Assembly: GCA_965248835.1 (NCBI GenBank)
Contig: CBDFLJ010000002.1
Coordinates: 416,001-480,000 of the forward strand
Direction of reading: 5' to 3'
DNA: 64,000 bases
Origin: Alphaproteobacteria bacterium
Lineage (GTDB): Bacteria > Pseudomonadota > Alphaproteobacteria > MPNO01
Under the pieces are notes generated by a model. It was not told the origin of the DNA. It saw nothing but the letters and a program-made list of their open reading frames with translations, and made no database searches. Positions 1 through 9,833 of the stretch are shown one piece after another (the first letter of the stretch is position 1; each line of letters opens with the position of its first letter). The translations under genes were made by a program, and so were the position numbers.

Positions 1-259
1 ACCGCTTCTCGATGCCCTCGGCCGCGGCATAGAGCAGGTTGCAGCGCGCCTCGGTGGTGAGCTTGCCCCACGCGCCGTGATAGGCCTCGCGCGCGGCATC
101 GACGGCCTGGTCGACGACGGCCCGGCTGGCCTCGTGCACCAGCGAGATCAGCGTGCCGTCGACCGGCGTGAAATTCTCGAACGTATCGCCGCCGGCGATG
201 AATTCCCCCCCGACATAGTTCTTCAGCGCGCGAACGTTGCCTTGCCCTTCGGCCGCCAC
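1..259 (-). CDS. Aldehyde dehydrogenase, N-terminal part (2-hydroxy/2-aminomuconate semialdehyde dehydrogenase-like); runs off the window
   Basis: Hand translation from GTG 259 (RBS GGAGAGG): MAAEGQGNVRALKNYVGGEFIAGGDTFENFTPVDGTLISLVHEASRAVVDQAVDAAREAYHGAWGKL. Typical ALDH N-terminus resembling DmpC/XylG. Not in the ORF track. Confidence 0.8.
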   Translation of the reverse strand, partial: MAAEGQGNVRALKNYVGGEFIAGGDTFENFTPVDGTLISLVHEASRAVVDQAVDAAREAYHGAWGKLTTEARCNLLYAAAEGIEKR

Positions 260-338
260 GATGCCTCTCCCCGTGTCCCGATTCGGCGGCACAATAGGGG
301 GAAACGCGCCTGGCTGGAACCGTCCGGGGCGAGGTTTC

Positions 339-815
339 TCAGGCCGCGACCTCGAAGATCGCCTCGATCTCCATCGGGAAGCCGCGCGGCAGTTCGGCCA
401 TGCCGACGGCCGAACGGGCATGCTGGCCCGCCTCGGCTCCGAACAGCGCGACGAACAGGTCCGAGGCGCCGTCGACGACGGCGAACTGGCGCTCGAACCC
501 CGGCGAGGAGTTGATCATGCCGGTCACCTTGACCACCCGGACGATCTTGTCGAGCGACCCGATCTGCTGCTTGACCGAGGCGAGGATGTTGAGCGCGACC
601 TTGGCCGCGGTATCGACCGCGTCGGCCTCGGAGACCTCGGCATCGACTTTGCCGCGCATCACCGCGCCGAGCTCGGCCGGCGGCGGATGGCCCGAGGTGT
701 AGAGCAGCCGCCCGACCTGGACGCAGCCGGTCCGGTTGGCGCTCGGGTACTCGAAGGGGGAGGGCAGCACCAGACCCATTTCGGCCAGGCGGGCGTCGAT
801 CCTTCCTGCGGGCAT
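339..815 (-). CDS. RidA/YjgF/UK114 family protein
   Basis: LYTSGH, RVVKVTGMINS, HARSAVG...LP..EIE with the conserved Arg and Glu. Confidence 0.9.
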   Translation of the reverse strand: MPAGRIDARLAEMGLVLPSPFEYPSANRTGCVQVGRLLYTSGHPPPAELGAVMRGKVDAEVSEADAVDTAAKVALNILASVKQQIGSLDKIVRVVKVTGMINSSPGFERQFAVVDGASDLFVALFGAEAGQHARSAVGMAELPRGFPMEIEAIFEVAA

Positions 816-827
816 CTGCCGGCCTCC

Positions 828-2987
828 TCAGCGCACCGGTTCGGGGATCGGCGGAGCCACCCCTTCGGGCAGCGCGCGCAGCCGGCAGGGCAGGCCGCGG
901 GTGTCGGCCGAACCGGTGATCGGATCCCATGGCCCGCCATAGGACATGGTCGTGTTGATGTTGACGGCCAGCGCGCCATGCTCGGGCCCCGGCGCCTCGG
1001 GCAGCCACCAGCCCATGCCGGTGCGTACGATCCCGGGCGGGATCTCGCCGGTCAGGCTCAGCCGCAGCGCGCACGCGCCGTCGCCGGCTGGGGTCTCGAC
1101 CTCGATCCAGTCATCGGCGGCAAAACCCAGTTCCGCAGCCGATTCAGGATGGATCTGGAGCCGCGGAAAGGGTGAGACCTTGCGCGCCCAGGCCTGATCG
1201 CGGTAGCGCGAATGGTGGTAGGTCTTCTCGCGCGCGCCGGTCAGCAGCACCAGCGGGTAGTCGGCGCGCACCGCCGGGTCCTCGCGTTCGATCCTGGGTG
1301 CGATGTGGACCGGCAGGGGATCGAGGCCGAGCCCCGCCAGCGTCTCGGAATAGAGCTCGATCTTGCCGGTCGGGGTCCTGAACCCGGCGGTCTCGAAATC
1401 GCCCAGCCGATACGGGAAGTGGGCGAAGCCGGTCCGTTCGAGCGCGTCGAAGGTGATCTCGTTCTCGCCCAGGAGCATCGCGTTGAAGTCGCGCTTGGTG
1501 CGCCAGGGGATGAACCGGCGCGCCGGCAGCCCCCTTGCTTCCAGCCGGTCGGCGAGATCGGCGGCGATCTCGAAGTCCGAACGCGCCTCGCCGCGCGGGG
1601 CGATGACGGGCCGGGTATAGCTGAGGCACGGCGCCGACGGGTCGATCGAAATCTCCTCCTCCTCCAGCCCCGTGGTCTTGGGCAGCACGATGTCCGCGAG
1701 CGCGGCGGTGGGCGTCATCGTGTGGCTGACGGCGACGAAAAACTCCAGCGTGCGCAGGGCCTCCAGCGTGCGCCGCGTGTTCGGATAGGTGACCGCGATA
1801 TTGACCCCGCTCAGATACATCGCACGCACCGGATAGGGCTCGCCGGTCAGGATCGCCTCGATGACAGAGGGATTGTGGCACGCGGTCTGCCAGCCGTCAG
1901 GGCCGGCCCAGAGCGGGAATCTGTCTGCGCCGATCGTGCGCGCCTCTACCTCGGGCTCCAGGCGGTAGGCCGGATCGTGCAGCAGGTCGATGTAGTTGCG
2001 ATAACCCCTGGGGCGCTTGATCCGACGGTTGCCGCCGACGCGGTCGAGATTGCCGGTGATCGCGACCAGGATGTGGAAGGCGCGAAAGGTCTGGACGCCG
2101 TTCGAGAAGGCATCGATTCCGTGCCCGCTGACGAATGCGGACGGGCCGGCGGCGTAAAGGTGCGCGGCCCGGACGATGTCCTCGGCCGCGACGCCGCTCA
2201 GCCCGGCGGCCCAGCCCGGCGTCAAGTCCGCGACATGGTCCGCCAGCGCATCGAAGCCATGACACCAGCTTTCGACGAAGTCCCGGTCGTGGAGGCTCTC
2301 GGCGATGATCACGTGGATCATCGCCAGCGCGATCGCGACATCGCTGCCGGGCTTGGGCTGGAGCCACAGGTCGGCCATCGCCGCGGCGGGCGTCCGCGCC
2401 GGGTCGATCACCACGATTTTCGCCCCCTTTGCCTTGGCCCTCTTGAGCGCCATCCACTGGACGGGATCGGCCGCGGCGGGGTTGCGCCCGACGATCAGCG
2501 CACACGCGGTGTTGTTGATGTCCTCGCCCCCGACGCACGAAAGCCCGGTGATCTTGTCCGACAGCGCCCGGCAGCCGCCGCACAAATCCTGGTTCATCAT
2601 CCAGTTGGGCGATCCCAGCGCGCGCATCAGGAGCGCGACCATCGCGCCCCGGCTGAAGAAGGCGGACGAGACCGCGCCGACCAGCGAAAGCGGTCCATGG
2701 GCCTCGCGCGCAGCGATCAGCCCGTCGGCGACGGCGTCGAGCGCGGTCTCCCAGGTGATCGGTTCCCAGTCGCCGCCGCCGCGCGGCCCCCGCCTGCGCA
2801 TCGGCCGGACCAGTCGGCCCGGGTGCTCGGTCAGTTCCTTGGCGCCGCGGATGCCCTTGACGCAGAACGCGCCCTGGGAGCCCGGGTGCTCCGGGTTGGG
2901 ATCGATCCGGACAAGGCGGCCGTTGTCGACGCTGACCAGTGCGCCGCAGCGGGTACTGCATTCCCAGCAGGTCGTCGGCAATTGCAT
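828..2987 (-). CDS. Mo/W-bisPGD oxidoreductase, acetylene-hydratase-like clade, cytoplasmic
   Basis: N-terminal CWECSTRC...C 4Fe-4S motif, LGSPN...LC metal ligand, PKPGSD, ADIVLP, PTGKIELYS, C-terminal molybdopterin-binding domain; no Tat signal. Confidence 0.85.
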   Translation of the reverse strand: MQLPTTCWECSTRCGALVSVDNGRLVRIDPNPEHPGSQGAFCVKGIRGAKELTEHPGRLVRPMRRRGPRGGGDWEPITWETALDAVADGLIAAREAHGPLSLVGAVSSAFFSRGAMVALLMRALGSPNWMMNQDLCGGCRALSDKITGLSCVGGEDINNTACALIVGRNPAAADPVQWMALKRAKAKGAKIVVIDPARTPAAAMADLWLQPKPGSDVAIALAMIHVIIAESLHDRDFVESWCHGFDALADHVADLTPGWAAGLSGVAAEDIVRAAHLYAAGPSAFVSGHGIDAFSNGVQTFRAFHILVAITGNLDRVGGNRRIKRPRGYRNYIDLLHDPAYRLEPEVEARTIGADRFPLWAGPDGWQTACHNPSVIEAILTGEPYPVRAMYLSGVNIAVTYPNTRRTLEALRTLEFFVAVSHTMTPTAALADIVLPKTTGLEEEEISIDPSAPCLSYTRPVIAPRGEARSDFEIAADLADRLEARGLPARRFIPWRTKRDFNAMLLGENEITFDALERTGFAHFPYRLGDFETAGFRTPTGKIELYSETLAGLGLDPLPVHIAPRIEREDPAVRADYPLVLLTGAREKTYHHSRYRDQAWARKVSPFPRLQIHPESAAELGFAADDWIEVETPAGDGACALRLSLTGEIPPGIVRTGMGWWLPEAPGPEHGALAVNINTTMSYGGPWDPITGSADTRGLPCRLRALPEGVAPPIPEPVR

Positions 2988-3137
2988 CGGCAGTGCGTCC
3001 CCTGGTCCCTCGGCCGGTTGAGCTTACCACGCCGGGCGCCGGCGGCCACGTCCTTGAAACCGCGGCCGACTTCGGGCTTTGACGCGCCGACGCGCTCGCG
3101 TATGTAACCGCGGGCTGGCTCCATCGGCGGAGGTGAG

Positions 3138-4376
3138 ATGATCGAAACGGCGGGCGCGCTTGCGGGCGTACGGGTGGTCGACCTGACGCGGGTGTTGGCC
3201 GGGCCCTACTGCACCCAGCTTCTCGGCGATCTGGGGGCCGACGTGATCAAGATCGAACGGCCCGGGACCGGCGACGACACGCGGAAGTTCGCACCGCCCT
3301 TTCTCAAGGACGCAGACGGCAACGACACTTCCGAGAGCGCCTATTTCATGTCCGCCAACCGCAACAAGCGCTCGGTGGCGCTCGACATCTCCAAGTCGGA
3401 AGGCCAGGAGGTGGTGCGCACGCTGATCCGCCGGGCCGACGCGGTGGTGGAGAACTTCAAGACCGGCAATCTCGCGCGCTACGGCCTCGACTACGATTCG
3501 GTGAAGGAAGACAACCCGAAGCTGGTCTATTGCTCGATCACCGGCTTCGGCCAGACCGGCCCCTATGCCGGGCGGCCGGGCTACGACTTCCTGGTGCAGG
3601 CGATGGGCGGCATCATGTCGCTGACCGGGGAGATCGAGGGCGAGCCCCAGAAGGTCGGCGTGCCGATCGCCGACATCATGTCGGGCATGTTCGCATCGGT
3701 CGCGGTGTGCGCTGCGCTGCGCCATGCCGCGCTGACGGGGCAGGGCCAGTATATCGACATCGGCATGCTGGATGCCCAGGTCGCCTGGCTGGTCAACGCC
3801 GGGATGAACTACCTCTATGCCGGGGAGCTCGGCCGGCTGGGCAACGCGCACCCCAACATCGTGCCCTATCAGGTCTTCCAGACCGCCGACGGCTTTATCG
3901 TGGTCGCGATCGGTAATGATTCCCAGTTTCGGCGGTTCTGCGAATCGATCGAGCGCGCCGATCTGTGCGCCGACGCGCGGTTTGCGACCAACGACGCGCG
4001 CGTGCGCAACCGCGCGGCCTGCATCGACGCGCTGCGGCCGATCTTCGAGGCGCGCGCGTCCGCGGATTGGCTCGCGGCGCTGGACGAACAGGGCATCGGC
4101 TGCGGGCCAATCAACAATCTGGCCCAGGTCTTCGAGGACCCGCACGTCCTCGCGCGCGGCATGGTGAGCGCGGTGCCGCACCCGGCGATCGATGGAAGGC
4201 CGGCACGGCTGATCGCCAGCCCCCTGCGGTTGAGCGAAACCCCGGTGGAGACCCGCCGCGCCCCGCCGATGCTCGGCCAACACACCGACGAGGTGCTGGC
4301 CGAAGTGCTGGGGATGGACGAGACCGCGCGCGCCGCGCTCCGCCGGGCTGGGATCATCGGGCCGGCTCTGTCATAG
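3138..4376 (+). CDS. CaiB/BaiF family III CoA transferase
   Basis: DLTRVLAGPYCTQLLGDLGADVIKIE, NRNKRS, GYD, catalytic Asp in PIADI. Confidence 0.95.
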   Translation: MIETAGALAGVRVVDLTRVLAGPYCTQLLGDLGADVIKIERPGTGDDTRKFAPPFLKDADGNDTSESAYFMSANRNKRSVALDISKSEGQEVVRTLIRRADAVVENFKTGNLARYGLDYDSVKEDNPKLVYCSITGFGQTGPYAGRPGYDFLVQAMGGIMSLTGEIEGEPQKVGVPIADIMSGMFASVAVCAALRHAALTGQGQYIDIGMLDAQVAWLVNAGMNYLYAGELGRLGNAHPNIVPYQVFQTADGFIVVAIGNDSQFRRFCESIERADLCADARFATNDARVRNRAACIDALRPIFEARASADWLAALDEQGIGCGPINNLAQVFEDPHVLARGMVSAVPHPAIDGRPARLIASPLRLSETPVETRRAPPMLGQHTDEVLAEVLGMDETARAALRRAGIIGPALS

Positions 4377-4403
4377 TCGGGCCGGCAACCAGGGAAGGGA
4401 ACG

Positions 4404-5219
4404 ATGACCGAAATCGGCCACATCAGCTACGACGAGATCGAGGTCGACAAGTCCGCGACCTATGACAGCCTGAAGGACCGGGTGGTGATCATCACCGGCG
4501 GCGGCCAGGGCATCGGCCGCGGCTATGCGCATTATTTCGCCGCCCAGGGCGCGATCCCGGTGATCGCCGAGATCAACGGCGATGCCGCCGAGCGGGTCGC
4601 CGAGGAAATCCGGGCCAAGCAGGGCAAGGCGCTGGCGGTCCAGACCGATGTCGCCGATCTCGATTCGGCTACCAATATGGCCGAGAAGGCGCTCGCCGCA
4701 TTCGGCCGCATCGATTGCCTGATCAACAACGCCGCGGTGTTCTCGAAGATCACCATGGCGCCGTTCTGGGAGCTCCCGGTCGAGGAGTGGAAGGCCGCGG
4801 TCGACGTCAACATCACCGGCTCGTTCTTCTGCGCCCGCGCGGTGGTGCCGGCGATGCAGGAGGCGAAGTGGGGCCGGATCGTCAACGTCTCCTCGGCGAC
4901 CTTCGTGATGGGCCTTCCCAACTACCTCCACTACATCACCACCAAGTCGGCGATCGTCGGCATGACGCGGTCGATGGCGCGCGAGCTTGGCGCGTGGAAC
5001 ATCACCGTCAACACCTTCTGGCCCGGCGTGATGCAGACCGAGATCGAGCGCCCTTCGGTGCCGCGCGAACGCTTCCGCGAGTACACCGAGCGCCAGTCGA
5101 TCAAGCGCCAGGGCACGATTCACGACCTCGCCAAGGCGATGCTGTTCCTGTGCTCCGAGGAGGCGAGCTATATCTCCGGACAGAACCTGCAGCCCGATGG
5201 CGGGCTGACGTTCCTCTAG
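4404..5219 (+). CDS. Short-chain dehydrogenase/reductase
   Basis: TGGGQGIG, NNA, YxxxK (YITTK). Confidence 0.95.
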   Translation: MTEIGHISYDEIEVDKSATYDSLKDRVVIITGGGQGIGRGYAHYFAAQGAIPVIAEINGDAAERVAEEIRAKQGKALAVQTDVADLDSATNMAEKALAAFGRIDCLINNAAVFSKITMAPFWELPVEEWKAAVDVNITGSFFCARAVVPAMQEAKWGRIVNVSSATFVMGLPNYLHYITTKSAIVGMTRSMARELGAWNITVNTFWPGVMQTEIERPSVPRERFREYTERQSIKRQGTIHDLAKAMLFLCSEEASYISGQNLQPDGGLTFL

Positions 5220-5333
5220 CCCGCCGGGTCCGGACCGACCCGGTTGCCTTGATCGCAATTGCGCCGAACGTGGAGACCGCGATGATCGCCCAAGACAATC
5301 CATACCGCCGCCCGGGCCGCGCGCCCTGATCCG

Positions 5334-8096
5334 ATGGCAAGGCAGGTGCGCAAGATCGCCGACAGGCGCAAGGTCCCGGTCTACTGCTATCAGTGCGTGG
5401 CCGGCCCCGACCTGATGAAGGTCGAGGTCGAGGACGGCGTTGCGACCCGGATCGAATCCAACTACGACGTCGCCGACCGCCATCCCGGCGGCGGCCGGGT
5501 CTGTGTGAAGGCCTACGGGCTGATCCAGAAGACCTACAACCCCCACCGCGTCGCCCAGCCGATGAAGCGGACCAACCCGAACAAGGGCAGGGACGAAGAC
5601 CCCGGCTTCGTGCCGATCTCCTGGGACGAGGCGCTCGACATCGTCGCGGCGAAGATGCGCGAGATCCGCGCCAGGGGCGTGCGCGACGAGCAGGGCTATC
5701 CCAGGCTCGCGGCGAGCTTCGGCGGCGGCGGCACGCCGACCCAGTATATGGGGACCTTCCCGGCCCTGCTGTCGGCCTGGGGCCCGGTCGATCTCGGCTT
5801 CGGCGGCGGGCAGGGGGTGAAGTGCTACCACTCCGAGCATCTCTACGGCGAGCTGTGGCACCGCGCGTTCATCGTCTCGCCCGATACGCCCTACTGCAAC
5901 TACGTCATCAATTGCGGCAACAACGTCGAGGCCTCGGGCGGCGTGGCCGGCGTCTGGCGCCAGGCCGATGCGCGGGTGCGCGGGCTGAAGCGCGTCCAGG
6001 TCGAGCCCCACCTGTCGATCACCGGCGCGGTGTCGGCCGAATGGGTGCCGATCAAGCCCAAGACCGATGCGGCCTTCCTGTTCGCGCTGATCCACCGGAT
6101 CCTGATCGAGCGCGACTGGCGCGCGGTTTGCGATGTCGGCTTCATCGCAAACGACACCACCTCGCCCTATCTGGTCGGTCCCAACGGCTACTACCTGCGC
6201 GATCCGGAAACCCGCAAGCCGCTGATCCTCGATCTCGCCGACGGCTGCGCCAAGCCGTTCGATGCCGCGATCGCCGATCCGGCGCTGGAGGGAACCCACC
6301 GGGCCGCCGGCATCGAGGTCGGGCCCGACGAAACGGTCTGGCGGCATGATGCGGGCGCGGTCGCGGTGCCGGCCTTCCAGAAGCTGCTCGATCATGTCGG
6401 CCGCTTCACCCCGGAATGGGCCGAAGCGCAGTGCGACGTGCCGGCCGAGCGCATGCGCACGATCGCCGATGAATATCTGGCCCATGCCATGATCGGCGAG
6501 ACCATCGAGATCGAGGGCCGGACGCTTCCCTTCCGCCCGGTCGCGGTGATGCTGGGCAAGGGGGTCAACAACGGCTGGGGCGGCTACCAGACCTGCTGGG
6601 CGCGGACTTTGCTCGCCGCCCTGGTCGGCGCGCTCGAGGTCCCCGGCGGCACGTTGGGGACGGCAGTCAAGCTCAACCGGCCCGCCGATAGCCGGCAGAA
6701 GACCGTGCGTTCCAGCGCCGACGGCATCATGGACTACCCTTTCAACCCGACCAGCCGCGAGGAATGGTCGGCCGAGCCGCATATCCGCAATGCCTACAAG
6801 ATGCTGGTGCCGCTGGCCGCCGATTCGCCCTGGTCTCCGGCGCTGGGTCCGGCCCATTTGCCCTGGCTGTTCCAGAAAAAACCGCCCGATCAATGGCCTG
6901 CCCCGACCAAGCCGGAGATGTGGATCAACTACCGTACAAACCCGGCGATCTCGTCGTGGAACGCGCCGGAGGTCGCCGAGCGCATCGCCGAGTTCCCGTT
7001 CACCGTCTCCTTCGCCTACACGCGCGATGAGACCAACCACATGGCCGACGTGCTGCTGCCCGAGGCGACGGACCTGGAGAGCCTGCAGCTCATCCAGATC
7101 GGATCGACCAAGTTCACCGAGCAGTTCTGGAAGCATCAGGGCTGGGCGGTCCGCCAGCCGGTGGTCGATCCGGTGCTCGACACCATGGACATCTCCGACG
7201 TCACCACCGCGCTCGCCGAGCGGGTCGGGCTGTTGGAGGACTACAACGCCGCCATCAACCGGGGTGCGGCGGGCTGCCGGCTGGCCGATGACGCGGCCGG
7301 CTACGACTACGGGCTCGATCCGGCCAAGGCCCACCCGACGGAGGCGATCTGGGACGCCGTCGCCAAGGCCGCCAGCCATGCGCTGTCCGGGGGTGCGGAA
7401 GTCCACGACATCGGCTGGTTCAAGGAGAACGGCTTCATGCTGCGGCCGTTCCCCCAGCTCGACTGGTATCTCTACCCCACGCTCAAGGACCAGGGCCTGC
7501 GCTTCGAGATGCCCTACCAGGAGCGCGTGATGCGCCGGGGCGCCGAGCTTGCCGAGCGCCTGCACGAGACCGGCGTGAACTGGTGGGACCGCCAGCTCGA
7601 GGAGTACGAACCGCTGCCGGGTTACAAGCCCTTCCCCGACATCTGGATCAACTACGCCGCCGAAATGGGCCGCGACCCCGATGACTACCCGCTCTGGGCG
7701 CTGACCGCGCGTTCGATGCAATACGCCTGGGGCGCCAATGTCGGCATCCCGCTGATCAACGAGGTGGCCGGCAACATCGCCGGCCACAAGGGCGTGATCC
7801 TTAACCGCAAGACCGCCCGCGACCTGGGGCTTTCGGACGGCGATCCGATCATCGTCGAATCGGTAACCGGGTTGACCCGCGGCCGTGCCGTGCTGCGCGA
7901 GGGCATCCGCCCCGACACGATCCTGATGATCGGCCAATTCGACCACTGGGCGACGCCGTTCGCCAAGGATTTGGGGCTGGCCAGCTTGAACTCCGTGACC
8001 GCGTTGTCGCTCACCCTGACCGATGCGACGGGAAGCAGCGCCGACCTCGCCCGCGTGCGAATCAGGCCCGATAACGGCGAAGCGCCGCCGCCATGA
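5334..8096 (+). CDS. padB: Phenylacetyl-CoA:acceptor oxidoreductase-like Mo-bisPGD catalytic subunit
   Basis: YCYQCVAGPD...RVCVKAYGLIQKTYNP, KRTNPNKGRDEDPGFVPISWDEALD and GQGVKCYHSEHLYGELWHRAF match the PadB family as I recall it. Confidence 0.85.
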   Translation: MARQVRKIADRRKVPVYCYQCVAGPDLMKVEVEDGVATRIESNYDVADRHPGGGRVCVKAYGLIQKTYNPHRVAQPMKRTNPNKGRDEDPGFVPISWDEALDIVAAKMREIRARGVRDEQGYPRLAASFGGGGTPTQYMGTFPALLSAWGPVDLGFGGGQGVKCYHSEHLYGELWHRAFIVSPDTPYCNYVINCGNNVEASGGVAGVWRQADARVRGLKRVQVEPHLSITGAVSAEWVPIKPKTDAAFLFALIHRILIERDWRAVCDVGFIANDTTSPYLVGPNGYYLRDPETRKPLILDLADGCAKPFDAAIADPALEGTHRAAGIEVGPDETVWRHDAGAVAVPAFQKLLDHVGRFTPEWAEAQCDVPAERMRTIADEYLAHAMIGETIEIEGRTLPFRPVAVMLGKGVNNGWGGYQTCWARTLLAALVGALEVPGGTLGTAVKLNRPADSRQKTVRSSADGIMDYPFNPTSREEWSAEPHIRNAYKMLVPLAADSPWSPALGPAHLPWLFQKKPPDQWPAPTKPEMWINYRTNPAISSWNAPEVAERIAEFPFTVSFAYTRDETNHMADVLLPEATDLESLQLIQIGSTKFTEQFWKHQGWAVRQPVVDPVLDTMDISDVTTALAERVGLLEDYNAAINRGAAGCRLADDAAGYDYGLDPAKAHPTEAIWDAVAKAASHALSGGAEVHDIGWFKENGFMLRPFPQLDWYLYPTLKDQGLRFEMPYQERVMRRGAELAERLHETGVNWWDRQLEEYEPLPGYKPFPDIWINYAAEMGRDPDDYPLWALTARSMQYAWGANVGIPLINEVAGNIAGHKGVILNRKTARDLGLSDGDPIIVESVTGLTRGRAVLREGIRPDTILMIGQFDHWATPFAKDLGLASLNSVTALSLTLTDATGSSADLARVRIRPDNGEAPPP

Positions 8097-9721
8097 CCAC
8101 ACCGCGATGGGGCATGGTCGTCGATCTCAACCGCTGCGTCGGCTGCCAGACCTGCACGATCGCCTGCAAGCACGCCAACGATACCCCGCCCGGCGTGCAG
8201 TGGCGCAGCGTGCTCGATGTCGAGCGCGGCACCTATCCCGACGTCGAGCGCCTTTTCCTGGTGACCGGTTGCCAGCACTGCGCCGAACCGCCCTGCGTGC
8301 CGGTCTGTCCGACCGGCGCCACCCGCCAGCGCGCCGACGGGCTGGTGACGATGGACTACGACACCTGCATCGGCTGCGGCTATTGCGCGGTCGCCTGTCC
8401 CTATCAGGCGCGCACGATCGTCCAGGACCGGGAGTGGTATTACGGCGGAGCGCCGACCGTCCAGGAGCGCCATGCCGAACATGACGAGCGGCTCGGCGTC
8501 GCCAACAAATGCACGTTCTGCGTCGAGCGCATCGACGAGGCGGTCGATCTCGGCTTGACTCCGGGGATCGACCTCGAATACACGCCCGCCTGCTCGGCGT
8601 CGTGCATCGCCCAGGCGATCCATTTCGGCGACTTCGCCGATGAGGACAGCAACGTCAGCCGGCTTGCCGCGGAGAACGCGAGCTTCCAGATGCATGCCGA
8701 GCTCGGCACCGATCCGCAGATCCGTTACCTCTACGAGGTGCCCCAGACCACGCCCGGCCGGCCGGCCGAGGCCATGGATCTCGACGATTCGGCGATGAGC
8801 GATCCCGGGAACCCGCTGGTCGGCGCCCGCCAGACGTTCTGGGATGCCCGCGCGGCGATGAACTTCACCATGGGGGGCATGGCCTCCGGCCTGATGGTCG
8901 CCGCCTTCATCGCCTGGGTGGCCGGGATCCTCGCCGACGTGGCGACGCTCCTGGTCGTCTATGTCGCCGGCGGGGTGTTCATGGCCATCGGCCTGTTCTT
9001 CGTCTTGCTCGAGATCGGACGCAAGGCGCGTTTTCTCTACGTCCTGTTGCGGCCGCAAAGCTCCTGGATGACGCGGGAGACCTACGCGGTGGCGCTGATC
9101 TACCCGGCGATCATGATCGACATCGTGCTGCCCCACGTGGCGCTCCACTTGCTCATCGCCGTCGCCGCGGCGGCCTTCCTGTACTGTCAGGCGAGGATCC
9201 TCCACGCCGGGAAGGGAATTCCGGCCTGGCGGGCGCCGTTGATCCCCACGATGCTGGTCGCCACCGGATTGCTCGAAGGGGCGGGTCTCCTGGCCGTGCT
9301 CCTGGCGGTCATCGGCGCTGGCGGCGCATCCGTCGGGCCGATATCCGCGGCGATCATCGTCCTTGCCGCGCTCAACGCCGCCTTGTGGCACCGCTATCGC
9401 AAGACCGCGGCTTCGGTCGGAATCGGGCCGCTCGCCCGCGCCGACCTGGACGCGGCCAGCCCGTTGGTGATCGGCATCGGTCAGGCCGCGCCGATCATCC
9501 TGTGCCTTGCAGGGCTCGTCCTGGCCGGGTCGGCAATTGCGGTCTGGCTTGGCGCGGCGGCCGGGATCGCGGCCTTCGCCGGCGGGGCGGTGTGGAAGTT
9601 CGCCGTCATCACCAAGGCCTGCCACCAGCAGGGTTTCGCGATCCCGTCGATGCCCAGGCGCGGGTCCGGCACCAGGGCCGCGCCGGCCCGCTTGTCGCCG
9701 GCGACCGCCAAGCCGGTTTAG
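8093..9721 (+). CDS. Fused PadC-like four-cluster FeS protein + PadD/DmsC-like membrane anchor
   Basis: CVGCQTC, CQHCAEPPC, CIGCGYC, KCTFC, then an acidic linker and a WDARAAMNF...SSWMTRE multi-TM domain in one uninterrupted ORF; ATGA overlap with padB. Confidence 0.85.
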   Translation: MTTPRWGMVVDLNRCVGCQTCTIACKHANDTPPGVQWRSVLDVERGTYPDVERLFLVTGCQHCAEPPCVPVCPTGATRQRADGLVTMDYDTCIGCGYCAVACPYQARTIVQDREWYYGGAPTVQERHAEHDERLGVANKCTFCVERIDEAVDLGLTPGIDLEYTPACSASCIAQAIHFGDFADEDSNVSRLAAENASFQMHAELGTDPQIRYLYEVPQTTPGRPAEAMDLDDSAMSDPGNPLVGARQTFWDARAAMNFTMGGMASGLMVAAFIAWVAGILADVATLLVVYVAGGVFMAIGLFFVLLEIGRKARFLYVLLRPQSSWMTRETYAVALIYPAIMIDIVLPHVALHLLIAVAAAAFLYCQARILHAGKGIPAWRAPLIPTMLVATGLLEGAGLLAVLLAVIGAGGASVGPISAAIIVLAALNAALWHRYRKTAASVGIGPLARADLDAASPLVIGIGQAAPIILCLAGLVLAGSAIAVWLGAAAGIAAFAGGAVWKFAVITKACHQQGFAIPSMPRRGSGTRAAPARLSPATAKPV

Positions 9722-9833
9722 GCTGCTTGGTTTCCCGAAGGGGTTCGAGGCCTGCTCTTCAAGCCCGGCGACAGGATCGATGGCGAAGGGACTGGCCGGT
9801 CACCGGCGCCTTGATTTGAATGGAGTAGGTCCC

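Noticed and set aside
828-8096. Selenocysteine in the Mo/W enzymes
   Set aside because: Both ORFs are complete with Cys ligands and no in-frame TGA
4371-8102. 1243-aa minus-strand ORF and similar long ORFs (1212-3107, 30378-32480, 44346-47285)
   Set aside because: Antisense shadows of real high-GC genes; no motifs of their own
5249-9824. FNR-like half sites TTGAT near 5249 and 9811
   Set aside because: The second halves (ATTGC, ATGGA) match ATCAA too poorly
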